DNA of 63,915 bases, filler included, from Dehalococcoidia bacterium (lineage in GTDB: Bacteria; Chloroflexota; Dehalococcoidia; DSTF01; JACRBR01): the NCBI GenBank assembly GCA_041494685.1. It is 7 parts of 7 records of this genome, joined end to end, with 100 filler letters (N's around TTAATTAATTAA, not from the genome) between each part and the next. Parts side by side here need not be neighbours in the genome. Positions count along the whole stretch, not along the records: positions 1 to 10,961 come from JBGQBE010000066.1; positions 11,062 to 21,995 come from JBGQBE010000067.1; 5 more parts are not named here. One strand, written 5' to 3'. The position numbers and the translations under genes are program-made. The notes under the pieces were generated by a model. That model saw nothing but the letters and a program-made list of their open reading frames with translations, had not been told where the DNA came from and did not search any database. This document shows, piece by piece, positions 1-12,163 of the stretch (the stretch's first letter is position 1; every line of letters starts with the position of its first letter).

Positions 1-290
1 AGCTCCTCGTCGTCCAGCCCCCCATCGACGAACGCCTGCCGCACGATCTCGCGGAACGCGCCGTCCAGGTCCATGCGTCCTGAGTATGCCCGCGCCGGGT
101 CCGACCAGAACCACGTCCTGCGCGCGCGGATCAGCTCGTGCATGGGCCCCGGTGCGAACGACCCGTCGCAGTGCGCCTCGCACGCGGCCGCCCACGACTC
201 CTCCATCCCCGTCTGCCAGTCGAGGAGCGTGCCGTCCATGTCGAAGAAGATGGCGGCTGGCGCGGGCTGCGCGGCGTCGAGCAGGCTCAT
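1..290 (-). CDS. HAD-superfamily hydrolase (3' end outside window)
   Basis: Manual translation [25 protein letters not shown] carries HAD motif I (DxDGTL); ATG overlaps the upstream TGA (ATGA). Not in the ORF track. Confidence 0.85.
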   Translation of the reverse strand, partial: MSLLDAAQPAPAAIFFDMDGTLLDWQTGMEESWAAACEAHCDGSFAPGPMHELIRARRTWFWSDPARAYSGRMDLDGAFREIVRQAFVDGGLDDEE

Positions 291-750
291 GCGCGGCTCG
301 ACGCCAGCCAGCGCGCGATCTGGTCGATGTGCTCGCGGTAGTGGTCGTCGCTGTTCGCGCTCACCAGCTGCCACGTCGGCCAGCCGAAGCGCTTGTCGTC
401 CGCCAGCTCGGCCTCCGAGAGCGCCGACGCCGCATCCAGCATCGCCTGGTGCGAGTGACGGGACTCGCCGAGCACGTCCGGAAGCGGCCGCCCCTTCGCG
501 GCCTGGTAGTTGCGGGCGTTCGTACCGTCCACGTCCTGCACCTCGGGGCGCGCCGGCGTCTCGCCGCGCGCGGCCGCGGCCAGCCATTCGCAGCAGATGC
601 GCTCCCACATGCTGATGTGCGCCAGCGCGTCCTTCACCGACCAGCCGGCGTCCAGCGCGGGCTCGGTCAGGCGCGCCTCGTCGAGCGGGGCGATGAGCGC
701 CTCGAGGCGGGCGCGGTCGCCGCGGATGCTGGCGAGCAGTTCGTCCTTCG

Positions 751-754
<4 letters not shown>
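287..754 (-). CDS. DinB/ClbS-DfsB superfamily four-helix-bundle protein
   Basis: [10 protein letters not shown]...[14 protein letters not shown]...HYREH; start overlaps the uvrA stop; corresponds to the C-terminal part of ORF 287..2056. Confidence 0.8.
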
Positions 755-3852
<3,098 letters not shown>

Positions 3853-3928
3853 CGGGTCGGGCTCCTTGATGTCGGCAGTCAGAGGTTGCGGGTGGGGAGG
3901 CGCATGGCACCCGTGCGCTCCGCCACCC

Positions 3929-3947
3929 ATCATAGCACGGGTGTTCG
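3929..3947 (-). promoter_or_regulatory. Putative LexA (SOS) box abutting the -10 element of uvrA
   Basis: Minus strand reads cGAACacccGTGC-TATGAT, one mismatch to GAAC-N4-GTTC, directly upstream of uvrA. Confidence 0.65.
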
Positions 3948-4022
3948 CTCCCGCGATCGCGGATCGCAACGATGCTGACGCGGGGTGTCAGGAGGGATGT
4001 GAAACACTGTCACGGAGATCGT

Positions 4023-4049
4023 GTGAGGCTCCCTGCGTGGGAGCCTCAC
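4023..4049. terminator. GC-rich hairpin downstream of the secreted-protein gene (possible terminator)
   Basis: gtgaggctccc-tgcgt-gggagcctcac, perfect 11-bp stem; no clear U-tract. Confidence 0.45.
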
Positions 4050-4083
4050 TGAAATTTGCGCGCCTACTTGGCTGTGCGGGATC

Positions 4084-4776
4084 TCAACCGTCGCAGAGAG
4101 CAAGTCCCTCTGCATAGTCGATCTCGTGGAGGTAACGGTCGACGTCCCAAACGTTATAGATCGTCGTTCCCGACATCGACGAGTTCACGACCATGCAATC
4201 GACCAGCGTTCCTTGATGGACGTGGTAACCCACCCATGAGCAGCCGCCGTCGTTGTCGACCGTGGTGAAGCCTATGGTCGTCGTCGACTGGTAGCCGGGG
4301 TAGGGACCTGCGTACACGTTCGCCGCAACGCCGTCGCCTAGCGATCTGCCGGTGTGCAGCCACTGCAATTGACCGTGAAGGCCGTTCGCCACATCAATCA
4401 TGCCGATGTTCACAATGTCGCATCCCATCGAGGACACGCCCCCAGACGCATACGCTCTCAAGGTGAGGTGGTTACTCGTCCCGCCGAAACCCCAAGTGCG
4501 AAGTCGAGATTGAGAGGAGATGTCGCCCATGCACGGGGTCACCGTGCTATCTCCGAAAACGTCAATTGAACGGTTCGGCGGATGCACGGGCGGATTGTAT
4601 AACCCGGTGCACCACTGAAGAGGGCTGCCTTCACTTTGCGAAGCCATTGTGTATATGACGATGTGAGGTCCTGCGGCTTCCGTATCGCCCGGCGAGCGGC
4701 CGATCGCGGTGGTCGTAAGCACGAGCACGGCAGCGGAGAGCGCCAGTAAGGTTCGGAGAGAAAAGAGCTTGTTCAC
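4084..4776 (-). CDS. Secreted hypothetical protein, possible divergent M23-like metallopeptidase
   Basis: Signal peptide; H...D (HPPNRSID), WLH and IG...GYHVH occur in M23-like order. GTG start overlaps the upstream TGA. Confidence 0.6.
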   Translation of the reverse strand: MNKLFSLRTLLALSAAVLVLTTTAIGRSPGDTEAAGPHIVIYTMASQSEGSPLQWCTGLYNPPVHPPNRSIDVFGDSTVTPCMGDISSQSRLRTWGFGGTSNHLTLRAYASGGVSSMGCDIVNIGMIDVANGLHGQLQWLHTGRSLGDGVAANVYAGPYPGYQSTTTIGFTTVDNDGGCSWVGYHVHQGTLVDCMVVNSSMSGTTIYNVWDVDRYLHEIDYAEGLALCDG

Positions 4777-5420
4777 GGCATGATCTCCTCGGCGTGCTTG
4801 ATGGCCGCTTCAGCGGAGGGGGCCATTTCGACGAAGACGGCAATGCCGGGTTTGTCGCCGTCGGGATACCGCTCGATCACGACGAGGTTCGCTTCCCCGT
4901 ACGGATATTCTGGAATAGGACGTTCGAGCAGCCCTGGGTGCCCCTCTACGGTCACGAGTTCCAGGCGATCGCGCGGCGCACTGCGCGCCACTGGCACAGG
5001 CACTGATTGGATGTAGCCACGCCCCAATGCAGAACCGTCGCTCCCCGACGGCGGTGCACCATCGGCCTCATTGTTGACGAGCACGACGCCCCGCCCGGAA
5101 CACGCCCATCCGATCCCGCCCTGCCCGAACGCGTCTGACCAGAGTTCTTCCGCCGAGAGTGCCTCGCTCGCTGCCACTGGCGTGCTCGCGCAGCGGAAGA
5201 TCTTAGCGTCGTCGGCGAGCGCGCCGGTACCGGAGACGACCACGAAGTCGCCGAGCCTGCCCGTGAACCGCGGCTTGGATGCCTCCTCATCCATCGCCCT
5301 TTGGATCTTCTCCGCGAGCGGTTCGCTGCCCTCCGACAACCTCTGCGCGACCAACCACCCAGACGCGGACAGCGCCGCAGCCGATATTACGACCAGCATC
5401 CATTTCCATCTTGCGCGCAT
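4773..5420 (-). CDS. Hypothetical protein with N-terminal signal/membrane anchor
   Basis: AAGGGAGGGG RBS before MRARWKWMLVVISAAAL; coupled to the downstream gene. Confidence 0.7.
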   Translation of the reverse strand: MRARWKWMLVVISAAALSASGWLVAQRLSEGSEPLAEKIQRAMDEEASKPRFTGRLGDFVVVSGTGALADDAKIFRCASTPVAASEALSAEELWSDAFGQGGIGWACSGRGVVLVNNEADGAPPSGSDGSALGRGYIQSVPVPVARSAPRDRLELVTVEGHPGLLERPIPEYPYGEANLVVIERYPDGDKPGIAVFVEMAPSAEAAIKHAEEIMP

Positions 5421-5507
5421 AACGCTCGCCCCTCCCTTGTCTATCGCTAGTTGCGGATCGTACGCCGGGGACGTTGCCACCTGAAGATGAGAATTGCCCG
5501 GGCATTT

Positions 5508-5756
5508 CTACTCGGGCGGTTCTTCCCTCGTGACGGGCGTTAGTCCTGCCGCGACAGCTTTCATCGCAGCCTCAGTCCGGTTCGCCGCATCGAGCTTCGT
5601 GAGAATGGTGGCGACGCAGTTGCTGACCGTGCTGGTCGCAAGCCCGAGTATCCGTGCGATCTCCTTGTCGGAGTGGCCCTTTCCGACCAGGGCAAGGACA
5701 CTGCGTTCACGAGGCGTAAGCGAGTGGCGATAGGAATGCATCGGGAACCTCAGCAT
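5508..5756 (-). CDS. Stand-alone LuxR/NarL-type helix-turn-helix regulator
   Basis: LTPRERSVLALVGKGHSDKEIARILGLATSTV...KLDAANRTEA; alternative start at 5741. Confidence 0.9.
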   Translation of the reverse strand: MLRFPMHSYRHSLTPRERSVLALVGKGHSDKEIARILGLATSTVSNCVATILTKLDAANRTEAAMKAVAAGLTPVTREEPPE

Positions 5757-5839
5757 GCATAGAGGATCCTCATACTATCCAGTATCATTGGAAGTCTCAA
5801 CGTGACCGCTCAGGTTCAGCCAGGCCCCACGCCACGGTG

Positions 5840-6508
5840 TCAAACCCCTTGGGAGACCGTGCGTGCGATGCCCTCGATCAGCACCGACCGCGGCGGCGCC
5901 CGGTGCGACAGCTTCTTCGCCCACGTCGTCTCGATCGCCGCGACCTCCTCCGGCTCCAGCGCGCGTGCCTCGGTGATCGTGATGCCGTGGCGCGCGAAGG
6001 CGGGCGCCAGCGTCTCGCGGACGTAGTCCGGCGTCACGTCGGGCAGGTCGCGCACCTCGATCGGGACGGGGTCGTCGAAGATGCGCAGGTTCAGCACGAT
6101 GCGCAGCGTCGCGCCGGGGCGGGCGAGCGAGGCGATGCCGCGCAGCACCGTCTCGTCGCCCAGCACGATGCCACGCATCAGGCTGCCCCACGGCAGCGTG
6201 ACGATGATCTCCGCCGCGACGTCGCGCAGCTCCTCCGGCGGATGTTCGATGCTGGCGACGACGTAGAGGGCGTTGGGCGCACCGCCGCGGTCGGGCTTGC
6301 GCGCGGCCTTCGCCGACAGCTCGCGCAGCGTCTCGCGCACCGGGTCGATGGCGACGACAAGGCGCTCCGGGTGCGCGAGGGCGTAGCGGTAGGCGAAGCG
6401 GCCGTCGCCCGCGCCCAGGTCGATCGTGACGGCGTCGTAGCGCGCGGCGAGCGCGGCGAACGCTGGTGCGTCGAGGGTGTCAGTCTGCTTGCCGCGCACG
6501 GTGATCAT
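5840..6508 (-). CDS. 16S rRNA (adenine(1408)-N1)-methyltransferase, KamB/NpmA family
   Basis: Family motifs IDLGAGDG, SAKAARKPDRGGAPNALY, LPWGSL and TTWAKKL, including the two conserved Trp residues; 222 aa. Confidence 0.88.
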   Translation of the reverse strand: MITVRGKQTDTLDAPAFAALAARYDAVTIDLGAGDGRFAYRYALAHPERLVVAIDPVRETLRELSAKAARKPDRGGAPNALYVVASIEHPPEELRDVAAEIIVTLPWGSLMRGIVLGDETVLRGIASLARPGATLRIVLNLRIFDDPVPIEVRDLPDVTPDYVRETLAPAFARHGITITEARALEPEEVAAIETTWAKKLSHRAPPRSVLIEGIARTVSQGV

Positions 6509-6540
6509 CGGCGCATTGTCGCAGGCGCGGCGCGTTATCC

Positions 6541-6700
6541 ACAGATGAGACGACGGTGGATCCGCAGATGACGCAGATGCTGGTGACGACGGGGGTTCGC
6601 AGATGGCACAGATGGGTACCGATGTTGGGTGGTGGAGACACCAAGAGAGGGGGCTCATGCCCCCTCTTCTTCATCCGTGTCCATCTGTGTCATCTGCGGA
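6541..6700. repeat. GCAGATG-based inverted-repeat element (MITE/REPIN-like), copy 1
   Basis: tccgcagatgacgcagatg (6561-6579) pairs with catctgtgtcatctgcgga (6682-6700); further units at 6596-6624; internal hairpin about 6645-6667. Confidence 0.75.
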
Positions 6701-6727
6701 CGAAATCGTCCGTGGACGGAACGCCCC

Positions 6728-7084
6728 TTACGCGGTGGCGGCGATGGCCTTCTGCGCGATCGTCGCGAAGGCGGCGGGCTGGAAGACGGCCAGGTCGGCG
6801 AGCATCTTGCGGTCGATGGCGATGCCGGCGCGGGCGAGGCCGTTGATCAGCCGGCTGTACGTGGTGCCGTTGATCCGGGCCGCAGCGTTGATGCGGGCGA
6901 TCCACAGCTTGCGGAAGTCGCCCTTCCGCTCGCGGCGGTGCTCGAAGGCGTACTGCAGCGAGTGCAGCACGGACTCGTTCGCGCGCCGGAAGACGCGGTG
7001 ACGCTGACCCTTATGCCCCTTGGCAAGGTCGATGATCTTCTTGTGTCGCGCCCGGGCGGTAACGCCCCGCTTCATCCTCGGCAT
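6728..7084 (-). CDS. rplT: 50S ribosomal protein bL20
   Basis: [16 protein letters not shown]...[14 protein letters not shown]...[10 protein letters not shown]. Confidence 0.98.
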   Translation of the reverse strand: MPRMKRGVTARARHKKIIDLAKGHKGQRHRVFRRANESVLHSLQYAFEHRRERKGDFRKLWIARINAAARINGTTYSRLINGLARAGIAIDRKMLADLAVFQPAAFATIAQKAIAATA

Positions 7085-7103
7085 GAGGTCCTCCGAAATG
7101 GAG

Positions 7104-7172
7104 AGAACCTAGAACTTAGAACCTGGAACCATCGCGCTCGGACAGGTTCTGGGTTCTGGGTTCCTGGTTCTC
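7104..7172. repeat. Inverted arrays of heptamer repeats (AGAACCT)n/(GGTTCTG)n
   Basis: agaacct agaactt agaacct ggaacca ... aggttct gggttct gggttcc tggttct, between rpmI and rplT. Confidence 0.8.
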
Positions 7173-7176
7173 GGAC

Positions 7177-7380
7177 TTACCGCTTCGCGTACGGCATCAG
7201 CTTGCGCAGGACCCGCTGGGCGGGCTTGCTGACGACGAACATCTCGTCGCCGGCGTGGTTGGCCGCGCTGGACTTCCGCGTCTTGCGGTGGCTGATGCTG
7301 CCCTTGCGGCGCGTGAACTTGCCCGTGCCGGTCACTTTGAACCGGCGGGCCGCGCCGCGGTGCGTCTTCATCTTTGGCAT
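7177..7380 (-). CDS. rpmI: 50S ribosomal protein bL35
   Basis: [21 protein letters not shown]. Confidence 0.97.
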   Translation of the reverse strand: MPKMKTHRGAARRFKVTGTGKFTRRKGSISHRKTRKSSAANHAGDEMFVVSKPAQRVLRKLMPYAKR

Positions 7381-7386
7381 GTCGTG

Positions 7387-8037
7387 CTACCCCTGCGCCT
7401 CGGCGGGCGCTGTCTCGACGCCGGCCTCCAGGAGGGCGGCTGCCATGGCGGATTCGTCCGGTTCGCCCGAGCCGCCTACGAATGCCGGCTTCGGCACGCG
7501 CGGCGTCCTGGGCTTCGGCGCCTGCTTTTGCGGCGCCGGGGACAGGTACATGTTCATGAAGCGGCCCTCCATCGAGGGCTGGCGCTCCACGACCGCTGCG
7601 CCTTCCAGGTTGCCGGCGATCCGCAGCAACAGCTCGCGGCCGATCTCCGGGTGGGTGATTTCCCGCCCGCGGAACATTACCGAAACCTTGACCTTGTCGC
7701 CACCTTCGAGCAGCTTCTTGACGACGCGCGTCTTGAAGTCGACGTCGTGGGTGCCGATCTTGGGCTTGAAGCGCACTTCGCGAAGCTGCACCTGCTTCTG
7801 GTTCTTGTGCGCCTCCCGCTCCTTCTTGGCCTGTTCGTACTTGAACTTGCCATAGTCCAGGACGCGGCAGACAGGTGGCGAAGCGTTCGGGGCGACCTCG
7901 ACCAGGTCGAGCCCGCGCTCTCGCGCCATCGCCAGTGCCTCATGGATAGGTGTGACGCCCAGCTTGTGGCCCTCATCGTCGATGATGAGCACTTCCCGGA
8001 CGCGAATCCGTTCGTTGATGCGGAGATCTCTGGCTAT
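7387..8037 (-). CDS. infC: Translation initiation factor IF-3 (non-canonical ATA start)
   Basis: The in-frame extension ATA-ARDLRINERIRVREV follows an AAGGGG RBS; LDLVEVAPNASPPVCRVLDYGKFKYE and FRGRE motifs. Confidence 0.95.
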   Translation of the reverse strand: MARDLRINERIRVREVLIIDDEGHKLGVTPIHEALAMARERGLDLVEVAPNASPPVCRVLDYGKFKYEQAKKEREAHKNQKQVQLREVRFKPKIGTHDVDFKTRVVKKLLEGGDKVKVSVMFRGREITHPEIGRELLLRIAGNLEGAAVVERQPSMEGRFMNMYLSPAPQKQAPKPRTPRVPKPAFVGGSGEPDESAMAAALLEAGVETAPAEAQG

Positions 8038-8113
8038 GCCGGGCCCCTTTTGCTGGGCTGAATGAGCCTGTTTGACGCGTTATCGTTCGCGCCTCAACCT
8101 GGATTGGAGCCTC

Positions 8114-8143
8114 ACTATACGGGAAAGCTCAAAGCCGCTGCAA
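8114..8143 (-). promoter_or_regulatory. Sigma70-type promoter of infC-rpmI-rplT
   Basis: TTGCAG-N18-TATAGT on the minus strand. Confidence 0.6.
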
Positions 8144-8158
8144 TGCTGCCGCCGGGAC

Positions 8159-8674
8159 TTACAGGAGTACCAGTAGGGGGGTCCCCTGGTCCACCCGCTG
8201 GCCGACGCTCACGTAGACGGCCTTCACGGTGCCGGCCCGGCGGGCGTGCAGCTCGTTCTGCATCTTCATCGCCTCGACGACGATGAGCACCTGGCCCTCC
8301 GTGACCTCATCATCGGCCGAGACGGCGATCTCCCGCACCACGCCGGCCATGGGCGACTTGAGCACCCATTCGCCGCCCGCGTCGACGTCCAGCGACTCGC
8401 CGCCCGCGCCGCTGCCGCGGCGGCCGGTCTGCGTGCCGACGGCGATGGTGCGGCCGCCCACGATGACGTGGTAGCCGGTCGGGCCCTCCTCGGCGAAGAC
8501 GTCGTATGTCTTGCCGTCGACGATCAGCGAGTAGCGGGCGGAGTCGTTGATGCGCTCGAGGCTCACGGTAGAGGTGCGCTCGTCGAGCGTCACGTGGAAG
8601 CCGCCGGCGTGGTCCGGCTCGACTTCAACCTCGTGGGTCTCCTTGCCCAGCTTCAGCCGGTACTTTGGCGCCAT
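8159..8674 (-). CDS. Biotin carboxyl carrier protein of an acyl-CoA carboxylase
   Basis: SPMAGVV...EAMKMQNEL biotinylation motif; start MAPKYRLKLG. Confidence 0.92.
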   Translation of the reverse strand: MAPKYRLKLGKETHEVEVEPDHAGGFHVTLDERTSTVSLERINDSARYSLIVDGKTYDVFAEEGPTGYHVIVGGRTIAVGTQTGRRGSGAGGESLDVDAGGEWVLKSPMAGVVREIAVSADDEVTEGQVLIVVEAMKMQNELHARRAGTVKAVYVSVGQRVDQGTPLLVLL

Positions 8675-10203
8675 CGGGCCCCCTGTTGCGACGCGCGCGC
8701 GCGCGCGGCCAGCTGCCGGTCCCGGCCGTTGTCGCGCCAGCCCGTCGCCGGCGTCGTGATGACGGCCGGCTGCGCGCCGTTGCGCGCGCGCCGGTGGTGC
8801 GACATCACCGCCGCGACCAGCAGCGCGACTCGCTCGTCGTCGACGTGCCCGTCGGCCTCGACCATCTTGAAGTCGTTGTCCACGAAGCCCGTGTGCACCT
8901 CGCCCGCGACGAAGCGCGGGTCGTCGAGCAGTTGCAGGTGGAACGGGATGTTCGTCTTGACGCCGACGACCACGTACTCGCGCAGCGCGCGCTTCATGCG
9001 CTTGATCGCCTGCGTGCGGTCGATGCCCCAGCAGATCAGCTTGGCGAGCATCGGGTCGTAGAAATACGGGATCTCGATGCCGCTGAAGATGGAGCTGTCG
9101 ACGCGGACGCCGGGGCCGCTCGGCTCGTTCACAAAGTCGATGCGGCCGAGCGACGGCAGGTAGTTGTTGAACGGATCCTCGGCGGCGATGCGGCACTCGA
9201 TCGCGGCGCCCCGCAGCTTCACGTCGTCCTGCGTGAAGCCCAGCGGCTCGCCCGCGGCGATACGGATCTGATCGCGGACGAGGTCGCGGCCGCAGAGCCA
9301 CTCGGTGACGGGGTGCTCGACCTGGAGGCGCGTGTTGACCTCGAGGAAGTAGAACTCGCGCGTGGCCGGGTCAAACAGGAACTCGACGGTGCCGGCGTTG
9401 TAGTAGCCGGAGGCCTTCGCCGCCGCCACGCCCGCCGCCATCATCTTCTCGCGCGTCGCCTGGTCCAGGACCGGCGACGGTGACTCTTCGAGCAGCTTCT
9501 GGTGGCGGCGCTGGACGGAGCACTCGCGCTCGCCCAGCGCGACGGCGTTGCCGTGCTTGTCGGCCAGCACCTGGATCTCGATGTGGCGCACCGGCGAGAG
9601 ATAGCGCTCCAGGAACACGCCGCCGTCGCCGAACGCCGACTGCGCCTCGCTCGACGCGACGCGCACGGCGCCTTCGACCTCTTCCTGCGACTTGACGAGC
9701 CGGATGCCCTTGCCGCCACCGCCCGCGGACGCCTTGATCAGCAGCGGGAAGCCGATGCCCGGCGCGGCCTTCAGCGCCTCGTCGGGCTCGACGCGGCCCT
9801 CAGTGCCCGGTACCACGGGTACGCCGGCGGCGATCATCGTGCGGCGGGCGTTCACCTTGTCGCCCAGCAGCTTGACGGAGTCGGTGCTGGGGCCGATGAA
9901 GGTGATGCCGGCGTCGGCGCACGCTTCGGCGAACTCCGTCCGCTCGCTCAGGAAACCGTAGCCGGGGTGTATGGCGTCGACGCCGGCCGCCTTCGCTACC
10001 TCAACGATCTTCGGATAGTTGAGGTAGCTCTCCAGCGGCGGTCCCTCGCCGATGTGGTACGCCTCGTCCGCGTACCGGACGTGGAGCATCGCCCGGTCGA
10101 CCGTCGAGTAGACGGCAACGGTGGCGATGCCCATCTCCCGGCACGTCCGCATGACGCGAAGGGCGATCTCGCCCCGGTTGGCGACCAGGATCTTCTTGAA
10201 CAA
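8653..10203 (-). CDS. accC: Biotin carboxylase subunit (acetyl/propionyl-CoA carboxylase)
   Basis: ILVANRGEIA, HPGYGFLSE, GGGGKG, RECSVQRRHQK, EVNTRLQVEHPVTE; TTG start. Confidence 0.93.
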   Translation of the reverse strand: MFKKILVANRGEIALRVMRTCREMGIATVAVYSTVDRAMLHVRYADEAYHIGEGPPLESYLNYPKIVEVAKAAGVDAIHPGYGFLSERTEFAEACADAGITFIGPSTDSVKLLGDKVNARRTMIAAGVPVVPGTEGRVEPDEALKAAPGIGFPLLIKASAGGGGKGIRLVKSQEEVEGAVRVASSEAQSAFGDGGVFLERYLSPVRHIEIQVLADKHGNAVALGERECSVQRRHQKLLEESPSPVLDQATREKMMAAGVAAAKASGYYNAGTVEFLFDPATREFYFLEVNTRLQVEHPVTEWLCGRDLVRDQIRIAAGEPLGFTQDDVKLRGAAIECRIAAEDPFNNYLPSLGRIDFVNEPSGPGVRVDSSIFSGIEIPYFYDPMLAKLICWGIDRTQAIKRMKRALREYVVVGVKTNIPFHLQLLDDPRFVAGEVHTGFVDNDFKMVEADGHVDDERVALLVAAVMSHHRRARNGAQPAVITTPATGWRDNGRDRQLAARARASQQGARWRQSTG

Positions 10204-10295
10204 TCAAAGCTCCCGCTGAAGTACGGGTGTTTCTATCACAGATGGCCGGTTCGGGGTAGGTTCCGGAGGCTGGAGGTAGGCTCCGGGGCCTAGCG

Positions 10296-10586
10296 CTACG
10301 TGGGGCGCGGGGTCGGCTGGACGGCGGCCTCCTGCGGCACGACTTCGAGCGCGTTGACGACCCGCTCGACGCGGTCGTGCCAGCGCACCAGGTCCTCGAC
10401 CGCGGTGGACTGGGCGGAGCTGGAGACGTGGCCGGTGAGCTGCGCGACGCCCGCGACGTAGGCGACCGTGACACTGCCGGATGACGGACGCAGCGAGCGG
10501 CCGACGTAGTCGTTCAGCGCGCGCTCGACATCCGTGTCAGGGACGCCCGCCAGCGCTGAGAGATCGGATTCGCGGCTAGACGGCAT
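10296..10586 (-). CDS. BON-domain protein
   Basis: VTVAYVAGVAQLTGHVSS...VERVVNALEV pattern. Confidence 0.7.
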   Translation of the reverse strand: MPSSRESDLSALAGVPDTDVERALNDYVGRSLRPSSGSVTVAYVAGVAQLTGHVSSSAQSTAVEDLVRWHDRVERVVNALEVVPQEAAVQPTPRPT

Positions 10587-10832
10587 GCATGTCTCCGGTG
10601 CTGCGGCGGACGCGTCCGCGCGAGGGCTTCGCTACGGTGCTCCACGATGGTTTCGAGAAAGGTGCTCGGCGGTAGCGAAACGCTCCGTACTGTTCATACC
10701 ACCCCGCGCGCCGCGATTCAACGCACGAAACGCGCCGGCCGGCCCGCCGCGAAGCTGGCACTGGACATCATCTGTGATTTCGTGGGGCTGAGGTTTGGTA
10801 GAGCCGCAGCCGATGGCGGCTACACTGGCGGC

Positions 10833-10961
10833 ATGGAGGCGTTCGTACACGACGCGGTGCTCGACATGCAGCACGCCCGCAACGACCTGCTGGCGGCGCT
10901 GGCCGAGGTCGGCGACGGCGACTGGGGCCGCTACGTGCCGTACGGCGAACGCACCCTCCAC
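10833..10961 (+). CDS. DinB-like protein, N-terminal fragment (contig end)
   Basis: MEAFVHDAVLDMQHARNDLLAALAEVGDGDWGRYVPYGERTLH; TACACT lies 6 nt before the ATG. Confidence 0.6.
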
Positions 10962-11061
10962 NNNNNNNNNNNNNNNNNNNNNNNNNNNNNNNNNNNNNNN
11001 NNNNNTTAATTAATTAANNNNNNNNNNNNNNNNNNNNNNNNNNNNNNNNNNNNNNNNNNNN
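10962..11061. other. Artificial contig linker
   Basis: N-run + TTAATTAATTAA (stops in six frames) + N-run. Confidence 0.99.
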
Positions 11062-11594
11062 CCCGCCCTGGCGATACGGATGATCGTCACGCCGATAAAG
11101 ATCAGCGTCCCCCAGACGACCGTGAGCAGTCCCATGATCAGCCATGAGTTCAGCCCGGGGATCTGGATGCCCGCCTTCTGCACGTACATCTGGGGCGCTG
11201 CGCCGTCAACAGCGATCGCGGCCGTGGTCTGTTCCACGGCGCTGCCGGCGGATCCGGTGTAGTCGACACGGATGTCGTGGGTGCCGCTCTCACGCGGCAC
11301 GAATGAGATCGCCGCGACGCCCGCGCTGTTGGTGACGGCCCGTCCGATCTCCATGAAACCGTCGACCCGGCCGAACGTCGCGTGCGCGTAGAACGTCACG
11401 CTCACTCCCGCGACCGGCGCGCCGGTGTCGGCGGACGTCACGGCCGCGTCGACCTCACTCGGCTGGCCAACCAGAGCGGTGGTCGGTTCGCTGACGTGCG
11501 TGAGCAGATGCGATGCGTGCGCGGTGGCCGCGGATCCGAGCGCGAGTACCGTGCACGTGAGAAGTCCTGCAGCTATCAACACCAACCGCTTCAT
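11062..11594 (-). CDS. Secreted Ig-like-domain protein with C-terminal membrane anchor (3' truncated)
   Basis: AGGAGG RBS; signal peptide ending AHA; GAPVAGVSVTF...TNSAGVA Ig-like pattern; hydrophobic C-terminal segment. Confidence 0.75.
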
Positions 11595-12163
11595 ACCGCA
11601 CCTCCTGGTAGCTCCGGGCCTTGGGCCCACGTACAGGATCGGTGAACGGGCCGAGGATGGCATCGGAGCATGCGGCAGATTCGGCTGGTGCGAAATACGC
11701 ATCGTGAGCAGGCGTGAATTGCGCGAAATACGTACCCGGCGTGCCGGTACAGGGCCGATCGGCCCCCGGCGTATCAGCGTCTCGGGATGGACCCGCAGAT
11801 ACCGAGCCCCGTCGTTCGTGGCTCCACGCAGCTCGGCGCGGCAATGTTCGCACGATAACGTTCGCGCGTACGCTCCGCCCACCACATCTGCTCGCACAAC
11901 GCATAGGCCCCGCGAGTTAGGAGCCCGCTGCTCGCTCCTCTGAGCCGCGGGGGCTTGGGCGACACTGTCGCTCGACGTCGAACGTCGGGGCCATGTACGG
12001 GCGAAGAGCTCGCGCGTGTCGCGCACCAGCGCGTCGGATGTAGCGCGTCGGCGTGTCGCGTCGCACGCGGTGAGCGTCAGCGTGTCATCGCCGGCGCGTC
12101 ACGCATCACAAAATGCGCGCGGGGGCTTGTGAGCCCGCCGCGATCGGCGTAGGATCGCGATCG

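Noticed and set aside
6509..6658. N-terminal extension of the methyltransferase (ICAICE...) and of the EEP protein (56303-56401)
   Set aside because: These are translations of repeat DNA; family homology begins at 6508 and 56402.
8038..8113. Possible L20 leader RNA before infC
   Set aside because: The position fits, but I could not identify the conserved structure by eye.
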